From Styela clava (taxonomy: Eukaryota): a stretch of DNA of 64,000 nt. The stretch lies in the NCBI RefSeq assembly GCF_964204865.1, contig NC_135258.1, positions 8,866,001 to 8,930,000 on the forward strand, given 5' to 3'. The position numbers were made by a program, and so were the translations under genes. The notes below the pieces were generated by a model that was not told where the DNA came from, searched no databases, and saw only the letters and a list, made by a program, of their open reading frames with translations. Below are positions 1 through 14,642 of this stretch, piece after piece (positions within the stretch are counted from its first letter, which is position 1; every line of letters starts with the position of its first letter).

Positions 1-3000
1 TATATAAAAAGTCAAATCACTGAAAGAAAAATAATGATAATTGTAAAGCTGAGAGGTAGAAGATAGCGTCCTTTTACCATCGCTTGTCCATTTTCCAGTG
101 AAACTAATCATTAAAATTTATATTTTTCACCTTTTTATGCCATATATGCATATATGACATTAAAAAAACGTTTATTTTTCAATATGTGGTTATTTAAAAA
201 TCAGAATACTAATATCACACATAATGATCAATAGACTTTGGTTAAAAACAAATTCCAGACTTCAAATTTGTACATTGTGGCCTATTGACGCGTACGACTT
301 CAGCGAAATGGGTGCCGACATGTCTCCCATTTTTGGTTTCGTTCATACCGGCAACCCAACCTTGTTAATTAAATTCAGTTCATGTTATTTTAACCCATCA
401 ACACCCAGTTCAAGTGGCTCCAGGATGTCAATAATTTTTTTGAACGAGGTTAAATCCTAAGGTTGGGACATATCTAGATCAAGTATGGCCTTTCTCTTAA
501 GCCTTGTATTTAAACCCAATGCTTGGCGGTAAAGAAATAATTATCTATTCGAAAATTATTTGGTGAAATTACTCGACTCTATCAATGAGTATAGTATGTT
601 AAGTATTTCATATGAATATATAATATTTTTGAAATTCTTTTTGAGAAAAACGTGTCTGTTGAACTTTTTTCTTATAATATCTCATTCTTCATAAAACGTA
701 ATTTAAGATTATATTATTCGTATATTCAAATTAAACTCATTTAATTTTCATTCCCAGACTTTCTGAGTGAAGAGAAGATTTTTATTTACCTAAGTAATTT
801 ACTTCATTTTAAAGACAAACTTTTAACCTTATGAACTCCCACACACACATATTTTGAAAACATAAAATAGAATTTTGTGGAGGTTTAAATCCAATATGAC
901 CCAAGTTCATGTTCAGTTCACAGTATTTTACGTTTGTATGATGGCATGTATTTTTCGTCTCGGAATTGGTAGCAGAATCAATACCAAAGTATTGCGAGAT
1001 TGATATAAATTGCTACTTTTGACGAAAAAATTCCCAATCCGACCTATTCAACTTTTGCAATAGTATAACTCACGACTTTTATTGTCAAAGCCACCTACGA
1101 CCGTACTATTAGGTGTTGTCATAGCGATACGTGGTACACATTGCGTGCTCACGGTGAGGACCAGGACACACAGGGTATGATTACAAAACACATTCGTAAT
1201 GGCAGAACACATTTGCAATGACAAAATCGTATTTGAACAGCGGTGTATAATTAATTAGTAATAGTAAGATTTTCGAGTGAAAATTAAGAATACTGATTTT
1301 TAATTTAATTAACATTTTAGGTTTGGTTGAATAAATAGACACAATAGTTTGTCAATTTGAGTGCAAGAATATAGACTGGAAAACAAGTTCATTGGTAACT
1401 ACGTGAAAATTTTTCCCACAATAAAATATTAGGACATTTATAGTTTCTTTTTTATTTCTTCGTATTATATGAAATTAGTGATGATTACTCTCATCGAAAC
1501 GCGATGAAATTACAACTTCAACCAAACTGCTTTTTAAAAATTAAACTGGTAGCCTGACCCATCTCAATTAAATTTTTTCTTCGTCGTCGGTCATACGGTG
1601 TCCACTCTGACTCATCTATAACGGGCAGTGTAGAAATGATCAGTCCAGTACTACATTTATCGCATGTTTATGATGATCTACGCAGGTGAAGAATTGGTAC
1701 GGGGAAGTTAAAAATCAATTTGCTATGTTTTGGGTATAAACATGCACCCAGCCACCTCTTACTTTTGACTCGGCTTTTTGATGGAGTTAACTCACCATTT
1801 TGCAAGCAAGGTCCTAAGATTTTACAAGTCTACGGAAACAATTAACAACCGTCGCACATGCTTGTTTTGTATCGTAGGGAAGGGAAAATATCGTGTACGG
1901 CGCCACACGGTGTTTTCGAAAATAGCCTCCATGCTATCTATCATACGCGACCGAAGCTTTAATTACTTTAATTTGACATGTTCAAATTTTAATTTTCAAT
2001 AAATTACGGTAATATTTTTACCGGAATCGACCATACGTATTTTCTTCAAAACAGAGTTTCTTGCACGCTATACTTCTATGTTCTTTTTTCAGTGCGTCAT
2101 GGGGAGATTTTTTATTGAATTTACAAAGCTATTAAATGATGATATAGTATCACAAAATATTTTTAGTGTCGCGTTAAAGCTGATGTAAAACTAGTCGCCC
2201 GTGATGTTATATATCGACAACTGCGTCATTGGAAACTGTATCGTGGAAAAATAATCGATGCTAAGTGCTTTTCATGTATATGTTTTTTGTGGAAACTTCT
2301 ATTCGACAAGTCAATATGATATGCACAAAGCATTGTACGTTTCATTCATTTTGCGAGATACACGTGCCAGTTTTCTTAAAGATTCAAAAATAAAAATAGA
2401 AACGAAATTTAACTATCCAAAGCTATTGGAAATATTATTTATGTATCATTAGACAATGAATAACAAAAAATTTATGTATGAATAATATCGTCTTATATTA
2501 ATGTATTTGAAAATTTCAAAGCATTGTTTCCGCACTCAATTTTGCTCCAAATAGACTCTGAAAATGGATAAAGTTACCCGAACAAAAAGTAAAAGAAATC
2601 TTTTCAAATGAAAATCTCCTATTTTTTATTTTACCGACAAAATCTGCTTCAAAATTGCAATTTATGCTTTGTTTGTTGAGTGCGTTTTACATGTATTCAC
2701 ACTGTATAGACCCGATGATGTATATATAATTACCTTCCCAAAAGCACCCAAAGCGTTTCTTTGTTGTTTAGTACAACTGCATTGAATGCCTCAATATCGA
2801 CCGGAAGCAATGATCACACACACAACGGATTATTTTGATTTATTTTTGGTTTTAAACTTTTTTGCTTCGAAATATATTGGTAAAAAAATCAAAACAACAT
2901 TTACAAGTCAAAAAGAATTAACCCATACATTATTCAATATTATTTTACACTTTTTATATTAGTTTTTTAAACAACAACTACTTTTATTGTTTGCTTTTAA

Positions 3001-6000
3001 ATGAAGGGTGACCAGGTTATGGCGACTTTACTTCCGCGATTAGACAGCTCAGTGTCAAGTGATGCAAATGTTTCTGGTGATCATTATTAGATTGTTTAAA
3101 TAACTAATCCTAACTAATACCCCCAAGAAGTTAAGTGTAAAAGTGTGGTTTGTGCCAAGATTTCTTCGGTCTATTTGCGGCAAATGAGGGCATGCTATTG
3201 CAAAATTTAACTAAACATATACTTGAGCCAATCGCTATTTCACGAAAATTCATAAGTCTCAAAGATATAATATAATTGAGCGTGTAACGCACGCCCTATT
3301 CGCTATAAGTAATTGATTGGTTATTAATTTTTTCAAACTTTAGTAAGACTGAAAACACAGTATCATATTCACGTTTTAGTAGATATGAACTTGCGGAATC
3401 GACCTTGAAAGATCAGTTTATTGCTGGATATTAACTGAAAAACCTGCGGCAAAAAGGCAAGATCACAGATTCAATTTATTCAAAAGATGTTCTCAACTGT
3501 TTCACATTATACAACAAGAAAAAATAATACATCAGAACAAACTTTCACCACAACTGTGGGTATGCGAAATGCTTCAACAACACTCAGTTGTAGTATTTGT
3601 TCTTTTTTAGGCTTATGTGGATATCCACAATCTTCTAAAATGCTGGGCATATATATGGTATACATATTAAACCTGTTCAGTATTTGTTAGTTGGGTGATC
3701 TAGTAGAGCAATGTGTTGCATTTATATGACTTTATGCGCGCAAAGGGGGACATTCAATGAAAAAGCAGAGACGAAAACCTTCAACTGGATCTTGATTTGC
3801 TGACTGCACCATCAGAATAGGTTTTTTGTAGAACTTTTCCCAATTTATTTAGTGACTGTGTGTGTGTGTGCTGTACTTATACTACAAGTGGTGTTTAGAA
3901 AAGAGAGATTAAATTTAACAACTGCTATCACAGTTATAAGTAGTTATTGTGAGTGAAGACTATGCATTGTGCCTTGACTGCATATTTAGTAAGATACATC
4001 GGGCGACAGAGTGTTGTTGTAACTCTTCGATTTTTCGATCATATAGAAGTTCCCTTAATGAGTACAGCTGGACTGCTACGCATACGCGTCATCTTTACTT
4101 CAGTGACATCTAGCGGCCAGTTGATTTTGATTTCTAGACCCATTTTGATGTGTAATGTCTGTATCGTACAAGTCCTATTCATTTTTCTCGTGAAAATATC
4201 ATATATAAAAACTTTTAGGAGTCCAAAAAGGAGATGCCACAAAGTATAAATTGGAAAACCTTACCGATTTTATTAGATTATGAACATGGATTGAAACAAC
4301 TTCATTCGAGTTCTTCCGTTCAACCCACTATATCATTTCAGAATCTTGTAAAACGGGCCGCATCTTTATTTAAGATACCCTAGTAGTTTCAGACAGGTAA
4401 AAAAAAATGTTTCCATTTTTATTGATTTTACGGTGTGTTAGGGGTACTTGCAGACATGGTGATTTAAAACGCATAGATTTCTAAAGAAAAATGCTATTCA
4501 AATTTATTGTCACACCAACTTTAAACAAATTCAGTGAGAAACATGTTTTTATAACATTGTAAACTTGGCAACAGGATTTTGCTAGCTAGTTTCGCTTATA
4601 TGACAGTGGCACTCAGATTCCACAGTTTGCACACGCCTGGTCTAACGTATAAAAAAACAATAACGAGTTCGCTGACTATCACGGCATTCCAAGAACACCC
4701 AACACTAGATTTAAACGACCAATCGAAAACATGCTAACATAATTTTGTTAATTTACCAATTAAGCATTTTGAAAAAGAGGTAAAAAAAAATTGAAGACAT
4801 CTCTGAAATGCTAGTAAACAATACTTAACATTGAAATTACACGGGAATGGAAATGAGCTAAGTTTTACTCAACTAGGCCTTTTTTTCCCTGAACGTGTCT
4901 GTATATTCCTAACTAAAACCGTTGATGACAAGTAAATCAGTGAAAGTATGTACACTGTCATTGGTAAATAAAAATGCATAATCAAAACATATTTTTTCTT
5001 AATCTTGAATTTTTGAAGTCTTTCTGACAACGCAATTCGATACTCATTTAAAAATGTTAATTCACGTGAAGATGGGAACCGGTCCTTACGTTTTAAATGC
5101 GTGCAAATTGTTAGTTAAGAATGCTGCAAACTGCAACATACCAATGACATACATACTACTTTATGACGCGAGGAACTTACGGCTGGATTAGTTACGTGAT
5201 GAAAATAAAGCGGAATATTTACATACTGGTGATTGCTTTGCTGTTTTCGTTTTGTCGACTGAAACTTGAATGCCCTTACGCATTTGCGGTAAGGAGAAAA
5301 GGTCTGGAGTATAGAGTACGATATATATTCGCTTTAGCTGAGATGAGCTCTCCATTTTAGGTAATATTGCTTTCGCAATTCCCTTTTTGAGTTATTTTGT
5401 TTTATATTTCGTCCAACTATTTGTACAACTCAGTGAAATACATTATACAACCTTTATATAAAGGTGACATAAAGGGTATCATATTACAACATTTGTACCA
5501 ATAATAGAAACAAGCATCTACGTATCAGTTAATTTCACTTTGGTATTTTAGCTCTATGAAAGCCAAAAGAGTAAATTGATCAAACTATTTGATTTTTGCC
5601 GCCCACGAGAACGTTTCGGGATCACGACTCACGAGCTGGGCGATTCATTATCGTGATATGGTCCGGTAAACATTTAGTGGATTTTAAAACACTTTGTATC
5701 CAAGCTTTTGTTTGATTAAGTACGATGTTTCCATCCTCTACAAATCACCCGGGTGTGACGGCAATAATACCCATGAATTCAATGCGAACCTGCTTGCAGT
5801 CACGTAGAAAAATCGGAGACAAATAGTATATACCCCTTTTATTTGTTACAGAGTCATAAACATGAGTACCGTTCGTTTGGTCAGTGGTGCTTGTTGACAA
5901 TGTGCGCGTAACAAAAGTAAACAATTTTTCTCAGTAAACATGATTGCACTCGAATGTATATGTAATGTGCGGGCAGGTTATGTATGAGTATTGGATTCAG

Positions 6001-6647
6001 TTTATATTAATTGAGGTGCTGAAAGAGATATTACTTCAAGCAACTAATCGATTTCTCCTAGTAGTAGTATATTCAGTACTATATGTGTTAAGTTAATTTG
6101 AAATTTAAGAGTAATACAAATTTCATATGTAATATAAATTTCAAAGCAATATCACTAAATAGTCAGAGGAATAAAATTCGAATTCTTATTTTCAAGTCAA
6201 AAATCGCCGAGACATACATTCCATGTACATTACTAGAGGTGTATATCCTCGTAAGGGACGGGACAAGTGTTGATGGAAAACTACTTGTGCACATAAATGC
6301 CCTGAGGGAAATATGCTTCTATCCTTTATCTCGATGCCTCACGTGACTATTGATGACATTATCTGTACGTGATCAAGTGTGAATCATTTGGTCACACGTT
6401 TAACTTAAAAACAAGTCGCTAATATAAGTTTTGTATAACACAGGATACACACAGAGCACGAATATATAAAGCACAAACAATGCTTGCATTGCATTTATTT
6501 TTATAAATTTCATCGTTTCGCTAACATCTGTTTTAGTCTATATATCGTCGACGAAAGATACTTGTTTACAAGCATATAGGTTTTTTTATTAGGTGAAAAG
6601 TGAATTTTTTATAACACTTCACAGAAAGTATATTCTAAAATTCAATC

Positions 6648-9600
6648 ATGGGAAAAATTGTTTCATTTGGATTTGTATTTTCTGACAACAAGACAGTATA
6701 CTTTCCAGGCGATTTTGTAAGTGGACATCTTGTCGTGGATATTCTCCGACCGATGAAAATTAAGGGTGAGAATATTTAATGGTATTTGTAGGGCATTTAC
6801 GTTTGATTTGTCAAAATCAGAAAAGAAATATTTTCATGTACGGAAATTTTTAATGAGTAGGCCTAGTTTGTCTAACACATGTTACTATTTTTTGTTTTCT
6901 TATTTATAAGTTTTTGTTTCACCCCGAAAAAGAAACTTCTGAATGAGCTAATATTGGCTTATGGCTTATGGCCCTGTGCATTAGATCATAGGTTCTCAAA
7001 GTGCTCCGTACGGAGCCCCAGGGCTCCGCGAGAGAAACCCAGGGGCTCCGCGAGCTATTCGATTACTTTTCAAAATACTGACTAATTTTGTAACTGTTCA
7101 AAGAAGCAATAACAGCTTTGATAAAATCTGACAACAATATAGCCTCGAAATATGGCACAGAGGCGGAATTTAAAAATGACATTATTTATAAGCAGGAGCG
7201 CAGCCAGGATTCTTAAGAGGGAGGTGGTTCAAAATTAGAATCGAAAAACGGATAACGGGATTTCTGTTGCGTAAAATATTCAATCCATGACCGATGCCAG
7301 CATTTAAAGTGTCTCGTCGTTATAATGTAATTGTGTTCATCTTTACTCACCTTTGATTCGAAATTACTATTAGGATTACTAAAATGAAAGAATACTATTC
7401 TAAAATAACATAAAATATGTGATAAACTGCCAACTATAAATAAATTGGAGTCGTATTTTTGCGATCTTGGGGTTTGTCAAACTTGATTTGTTCTTTCGCA
7501 CTTGAGAATATATTTAAGCAAGATATCGCCGTTTAAAAAATCACAATGTCTGGGCAAAATACGAACAATTGAAATCTATTTTATTGCATTCGGCTCCATC
7601 GGTAGTTTTAGAATGAAAATGGTACATCGCGGATCGCGCGCACAATTGATTGCGAGCGGTTCCGTCGGCAGTTTCAAAATGGGGAAAAAAAATACATCGC
7701 ACGCACAATTGACTGTGTTTCGATTTTGCAGTTACTACGATGAAAATCTAACATAACAGCAAATTTTGTGATTTACAATGTCTATAAAAGCGTTTTCAAT
7801 CTACGGTGAGTCTGCTGAAACCAAACGTGTGATCTTCCATTTTAAGTTTTAGTTTTAATATTTTAGAATGCCGCTTTTCAATCAAGAAATTTGAGTTGCG
7901 GATCTACCTCTTCATTAATTATTATTTTTAGCAGTTCGTCGCCGATGACTATAAAATGGTAACATATTTTTCACATTGAACTCATAATTCCCCACGAGAA
8001 CAAAAAAGCAATTAACGTCGTCATTGTGTAACAATACATGTATATGCCGAGGGAATTTTTGATATAGGGAGAATAAACAACGGCGTAAAGATGTAGGTTC
8101 AAAAACACGCCGCCATGCTGAGGAAAAAAATCGGCGATTGTAACAAAATGCAATCTCGCACATTATTAGCGGCATTTTGGGTCTTCCAAAAATGTCAAAA
8201 GGGAGAAGATTCGACCCCTAATTTATTAGTATGTTTGTCAAGTGTCAAATTTACAGCTTTAGTATATATAATTTATGTTTGAAATTTAGATTTATTTATA
8301 ACTTGTATTAACCCTATCAAAAAAGGTTCAGCATTTAAATTGAGTAAAGTACTTTTAACTTGCTCAGGAATATTAATCAGAAAGTAACAATTTTAACATT
8401 TATTTTGGGGCTCCGTGAGTAATAGTCAACAATTTCAAGGGCTCCGCGACACCAAAAGTTTGAGAACCCCTGCATTAGATAATACTATTTGTACAAATCT
8501 AAATTTTTTGGCAATGCCCAAGTAGCTTATGATACCCCGAATAAGATAGATAGGGCTGTGGTAGGATATAACCCTTGGAATCTGAAACGACACGTAGCCA
8601 TTCTCGTCAAGCAATACTGGCATTTGTGCATGTTTAGAATAATAAAGTCGCATATCAGTTTCTTCGTTAATAAATTATCTCTTCATGTATTTTTGTCTAG
8701 AAATCAAAATAAGATTTTTCGGCAAAGCTCTTGTTCGTTGGAAAACTACAGAGATGGTGAATGTTTCCAATCTGCACGAAAGCATACATGCCAGCCAAAC
8801 AAATAGGCAATCTGTTACTAGAAATTACTCCGCTACACAAAACCTTTTTAACCAACATATGTTGTTGTATGGAAGAGGTGGGTATTATAAAACGCCTTTT
8901 TAAGTTTGTTTAGTAGTTTGATTTTGGTTTGATCAATCTGGATATGAAATGTTTGTCAAATTTTAAACCCTACAATTCAACCAATTAATAAAGCAATATT
9001 ATTAAGAAACGAAAAATAAATCGGAGATTGGGTAGGTCGAGACTATGATTTTTTTTGTGTGTTATTTCATCATTGAGTAATTATGTTGTTGCAGAAGTGA
9101 ATGGCGAACATAGCTTACCACAGGGACAGACTATTTTACCATTTGAATGCCAACTGCCACATCCTCTACCGTCATCGTTTGAAGGTAAATCTTCACTGAT
9201 TTGCATGAAAATAGACTCGACTTGAAAATCAGTTAGATTACGCAAAGATTAACTACATACCATTCCTCTATGCATTTTTTGATTCCGCATGCGTAAAATT
9301 CAGGAACACTGTAACAAGAATAAATTTGGCTAATTCATGTGATTCTGATAGAATACTTTCAATACAGTCATTTACTAATTATGTTTGATGAATTTATATT
9401 TCTTATAATATTTATATTATATATATTATTTATTATAAATACTTGATTGGCAATTGAATGTTATCGCCAGCATTATTTTATCCTTATGCCTAGAATATTC
9501 AATTTTATATAGATAATATTTAACACGCAAAATTTGTTTCAAATTTAAAAATACATTCCTATAGATAAACCTATTATGGTGAAACCAAAGTAACTAAATA

Positions 9601-12600
9601 GTATCAAAAACTCTGAAACCATTCATAACTAAGTCCTGCTTTCGTTCGATTTCTGTTACGTTTCGCAAAATTTTCATTTTTTGATATTAAATGTTTCATT
9701 GATAGCATTGAGTAATTCACTTTCAATTTGTAAGGGAAATTATGCTACAGAGAAACATGTTGAGATTAGGGTTGTTCAATACATATTGGTTTCAAAATAT
9801 TAAAGTGTTGGATATTCTATACTGTATTATAATTTTTCTAATCTTGCTTGTATAAAATATGACATAACAAACCATTTTTACACTCGCATTATTAGATTAC
9901 AGTTGCTCATTTTGTAAGAAATTGTGACAGATGAGCAAATTTGAAATTTTAAAACAATTATATATATATCTAACTACAATACAATAAGCAATATTATGTA
10001 ATATATATATATATGAGACTTGATTTGAGTTTTTTTTTATATTTTAGGAGAATTCGGATACATACGATACTCTGTTAAAGCAACAATAGTTAGAGAATGG
10101 AGGCTCGATTGTACAACGAAAAAATCTTTTACAGTTCTTGATAGTCTTGATCTAAATCGTATACAAGATATTACGGTCAGTATTTGATATTCGAGCCTTT
10201 GAACTATTTTAGTTATGTCACGTTATTTTCGATTTTATATTATATTACATTAGAATATTATAATTCCCTCTCACGTTTGATAGTCTGGTTATAAGAATGT
10301 TTTTGAGTGATTAAATATGTCCATGAAATAAAAGAGTATGAATGTTTGAAGAGACCAAATCAAACCAAATCTCACTTAACTGTACAAATTACCAACGGAA
10401 AATAATGTTAAACTTCATTTTTATGCAGCGTTTTCGAAGTTTTTTTTATCCGAAAAAGACGTTGTTCAAGCAGCCACCGATTCGTATTATTTTTGCAAGA
10501 CTGGTATTTTCGAGATTTGAAATTGTCAGCAAATTATGCGAAAATATTTTGTGCCCATTTATTCCGTTTTTTAAATCCTAGATCCATTGAGTTTAAAATA
10601 CCTCATTTTTTATTGTTCATATCAGAATCCGTCACAAAATTATGATTCACAGTCAATAGCGTGTTCGTGCTCAAGAAGTGGAATAATTGAAGTTGATTTT
10701 TCTTCAGACAGAACTGGTTACGTGCCAGGCGAATATATAAAAATAAATGCTAATATTTCTAATTCAAGGTAACCTAAAATCTTACGTTGAATATCCCTAA
10801 TTTAGATTACCTGATGATTTTCTATATTCCATACCTCGATGTAGAACTTTTAAAGGACAGTGTAATATACCATACAATCACATTCACAGTGTATGCCATA
10901 TGCTGAAGTTTGTTTAATTTTTTATTTATAAATAATTCTTTGCTTTTCGAATTGGTCGGTACATGGTTTACCATATGAACCTTTTCTCTCAAATCTGTCA
11001 TATTATTTGTTAGCTGTACCTGCCGCCATGAGATGTCTCATTTTCATCCCACTTGTCCCACACTTTTTGACTATTTTGAGTTCGGGTAGATATATATATT
11101 GTGAAGCAAATGGTTGAAGTAAGCATGTGAAATAGACTCATGCTGTGATTTGGAATGGATGTTGTAGCTTGGCAGAAGGCTTGGATATCAAATGAAGTGA
11201 GATTCGTCAGAAAGTGGGGATTAAGTTGGACAAGCTACACACGACCTTTTTTAGAACCCCCTATTCTACGGTGTCTTGCAAATTTCAAGCACAAAATTAT
11301 ACCATAGAATCACATTAAATAGAAATGTTCACAGCCAAGCACTCGAATACCATCAATGATTATTTATCTTTATTGTGATTCCTTATAGCTGTATATATGT
11401 ATAAAGGATTACTGTTTTAACGGGAATGATGTCTTGCGTTGTCTTAGACTTGTCAAAAAACCTACATTCAACTTTGAATCTCAGATAAATACTTCCTTTG
11501 TTAACAGTAACAGCAGAGTCAAATCAAGCTCAGTCAAACTTCTACAGACAGTGACGTTTTATGCTTCATCAAAAACACGGAGAAAAACTTACGTTATAAA
11601 TGATGTGACTGGTCCTTCAGTTCCAAAGCGTAAAACATTCAATTGGGCAGACGCAGTTCTTCACATACCTCCTCTTCCTCCGTCAGAATCTAGAAATTGC
11701 AGAATTATCGATATCGACTATTCGTTAGTTGTAAGCATTGTTGATGATTAAAATGCCGTATGGCTATTGAGGTTCTTCAATATAAATATTTGATTACGTT
11801 AAACAAGAGAGCAGTGCTTAAATATATAGTAACAAAGGCCAAACGAAGTGGTATGCATATCCAATGTTATACATAAGACTACTGTACCGTAGTCTTCCCG
11901 ACTTAGCAACGCCACAAGGTGTGCAATTTTTAATTTGATGACGTCATCGCACACAAAAAACGGATCTTGCAGACCCCACAGACATTTTTGAAGAAAAATA
12001 TAGCTTCCTAGCGACAACAGTCTTCAACAAATCTTCAATTTTGAAGCAATTGGTTAAGTAATCAAAAAGGAAATCAAATGTTTCGCGACGACAAAAAAAA
12101 TAATACCAACAAGAACAACAACATAATAACCAAACCTCACATAGAAAAATTTCGTTTCCGATAGAGATTTGGCCTAATTTGACCATGAAACACAAAATAA
12201 ATTAAATTCATAGAAGTTTCTATTATAATAAACAAAAATTTTTATTTTTCTGCAGTTCCATGCTAGACTCCGAGACTTCACACCAGATATTCGCATGTTT
12301 GTTCCAATCATACTAGGAACGGTGCCAATCGATAGTCTTGAAATGTACAGTAGAACAACATTAAATGGATATACAATGTCTTCAGTCATTCCGAGTGCCC
12401 CCACAAGAGATGCGATTTCAGCTGAAAACTCTGATCCTCCTCCAAACTATACGTCTCAGAGTAAGCTGAATTTGATAGTCTAGTTGGTCCCCCCTACTTA
12501 CTCGTTCTATGTTTGTGTCTGCTATCTAATTAACATACTTTATTACTTCAGAAAGTAGCGGTCTAATTACTCATAGCTTCGGTGTAGAAGTATATTTATC

Positions 12601-13098
12601 GCATAGTTATTGGGATATCAAGTTTGACCAAGATTCATTTCGCTTCATTTTTATTCCATAGTATTATATCCCGATGTATTCTATCCTATATTAACGTCAA
12701 ATTTAGAAAACGAATCATCGTTTATAAATAGTACAGATTTAGGACTATTAAATACATATAACTTTTTTTGTTGATATCATTTTCAATATGTTTTTATTTT
12801 GTATTTTGCCTAAATCTTGAGATTGCGTGTCACCAGCCATCGCTAATGAGTAGTAACATGTCACACCATCCTGCAAATATATATAATCACATGATACATC
12901 ATATTCCACAAAAAATGCATTAAAATTTACTTAACAGTTTCCTTTTTCACAGTGCCACCACCGCCATCGTATGCTGCTGCCACTGGGTCAATACCTATTT
13001 TAAGGGATGAAGAGGATGGCGAAGATGAACATTATAATGAAGAACACGAGGCATTTGCCCCCAGATACACATATTATGACTGGGATCATAATTCCTGA
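6648..13098 (+). CDS. ARRDC: Alpha-arrestin / arrestin domain-containing protein (ARRDC/TXNIP family), 8 coding exons
   Basis: Phase-consistent GT-AG exons: 6648-6765, 8701-8877, 9095-9184, 10048-10175, 10626-10768, 11508-11730, 12256-12460, 12953-13098. Arrestin_N motifs VYFPGDFVSG, FECQLPHPLPSSFEGEFGYIRYSVKA. Arrestin_C motifs DRTGYVPGE, IPPLPPS..NCRIIDIDY, PIILGTVP. C-terminal PPxY motifs PPNY and PPSY. Paralog number cannot be assigned. Confidence 0.93.
6987..8472. mobile_element. Non-autonomous hAT (Charlie-like) element in ARRDC intron 1
   Basis: TIRs CATAGGTTCTCAAA / TTTGAGAACCCCTG, perfect 8-bp TSD CATTAGAT (6979-6986 and 8473-8480), subterminal GGGCTCCG repeats. Confidence 0.85.
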
Positions 13099-13830
13099 GA
13101 AATCATCATAATATAAAATGTGATGTGGATGAGCCGAATGTGAAATGAAAAATCTAGAAACTCAACAAATAATCTGAATTGGCAAGCTGTTGAAGATGGC
13201 CAGAAAATATTCAAATAAATATGTATTTTAACATTCAATGCAACCTATATTTACTGTGCTTATTGTACTAAATGTTACGTATAAATGAAAGTGAAAAATT
13301 CAATTGAAACTGATTGATCATCGTTACAGTAATCTTTAACAAAGAAGTTCAAGAACAAGGAGTCTGTTTCATAGTGCGCTATTTTTTTAATTTAAAGATT
13401 TCTCGACAACCAATATGAAACAGTTATAATAAATGTTTCAAGCTTGGCGTTGTCATCAGTTACGAGTTGATCACGTGACCGAATCCTCATCATAAAGTTC
13501 AAACTGACATGCTCTAAAATTGTTCGAAAAAAAATGTAGTCATAACGATGTTTATCAAAATTTAAATCCCAATTCAAATGTAGCTACTCCATTGTCAAGT
13601 TCATCATCTGTCAGGGGATAGAAGTTGTTCGTCTTATAATACACTTTTTAAGTCTGTAACAATTCTCGGCAACTGATATATATATACTATATGTAAATCA
13701 ATTATGGGAAAGCTTATCGCAGTTTCTATTAGTAGAAAAGTCAGAAAATACGAGATTGGTTTCTTCGTGGAATGAGTTAATGCTGTAATCGGTTGTCAAT
13801 TTTGTGATATTGAATAATCTATTAAAAAGG

Positions 13831-14044
13831 GGTACTCCTGAAGTATGTGAACCGAGATGGTGGACAGGTTAGGGTCAGGCAATGGTTTTAATCTAATTTT
13901 CCGTATTTTAGTTCTATTACTAGTTTAGGGACTAGCCAAGTGACTCTCGTAGTAATTGTACCTGAGATTATTGCTTAACGATAACCTGGTACACATACTA
14001 CGTTCCGGTGTCCGCCATCTTGAATCGCATATTTCGGGAGTACC
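13831..14044. mobile_element. MITE with GG-initiated TIRs, same family as 20802-21037 in opposite orientation
   Basis: TIRs GGTACTCCTGAAGTATGTGAACCGAGATGG / CCATCTTGAATCGCATATTTCGGGAGTACC. The element is absent from the paralogous sequence near 16940. No clean TSD. Confidence 0.8.
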
Positions 14045-14083
14045 AAATAAATGCGATGAAAGGAATTTTAATTTATATAAAAC

Positions 14084-14135
14084 GTGGCAATTATGTGCGT
14101 TTCTCGAGTCACCATAAATGTAAGAGTTCATTTTC
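14084..14135 (+). promoter_or_regulatory. snRNA promoter, PSE-like element (GAGTCACCAYAAATG)
   Basis: TCACC core lies exactly 59 nt upstream of U4 +1 in three copies (14109/14168, 17003/17062, 17174/17233) and is also present at 14588. It is preceded by a conserved GTGGCAATTATG block. The position matches metazoan PSEs. Confidence 0.75.
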
Positions 14136-14167
14136 AATCCTATAAGAAATTTTCCCCTGGGATCGGT

Positions 14168-14309
14168 AGCTTTGCGCAGCGGCAGTATCGTAACCAATGA
14201 GGTTTATCCGAGGTGCGATTATTGCTAGTTGAAAACTATTACCAATACCCCGCCGTGGTGGCGCAAACGCGTCGCTTGTGGCAATTTCTGAAGGGTTGTA
14301 GGCAACCTG
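14168..14309 (+). ncRNA. U4: U4 spliceosomal snRNA, apparently intact
   Basis: AGCTTTGCGCAGCGGCAGTATCGTAACCAATGAGGTTTATCCGAGGTGCGATTATTGCTAGTTGAAAAC...CCAATACCCCGCCGTG closely matches the vertebrate U4 5' region. Sm site AATTTCTG at 14283, terminal hairpin GGGTTG-TAGG-CAACCT, length about 142 nt. Confidence 0.95.
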
Positions 14310-14642
14310 TACTGTTTGCAATTGTGGTTTTATTATTCGATCATTACCGTTGTTATCGCTACGCGAGTTGAGTTATGTCATACCCCTCCCCGTTATTAGC
14401 TGTTTATAAGCTCAACGCGAATCGACAACAACTTCATGACCTTCCAAAAATTGGTTTTCGTGGGGTACTAAAATCAGTTCCTGTTGTAATCGTCAGTTTT
14501 ATGGTTGATATTGGGTAATTTATTAAAATAATTCAATTGCGGGAATTTTAATTCACATTATTGTGGCAATTATGAGTGTTATTTGAGTCACCATAAATAC
14601 TAGGGTTTATTCATACTTTCATAAGAACATTTTTCTCTCTTC

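Noticed and set aside
224-6500. Short ORFs upstream of ARRDC
   Set aside because: No coherent exon chain or recognisable domain was found. They are consistent with chance ORFs and decayed repeats.
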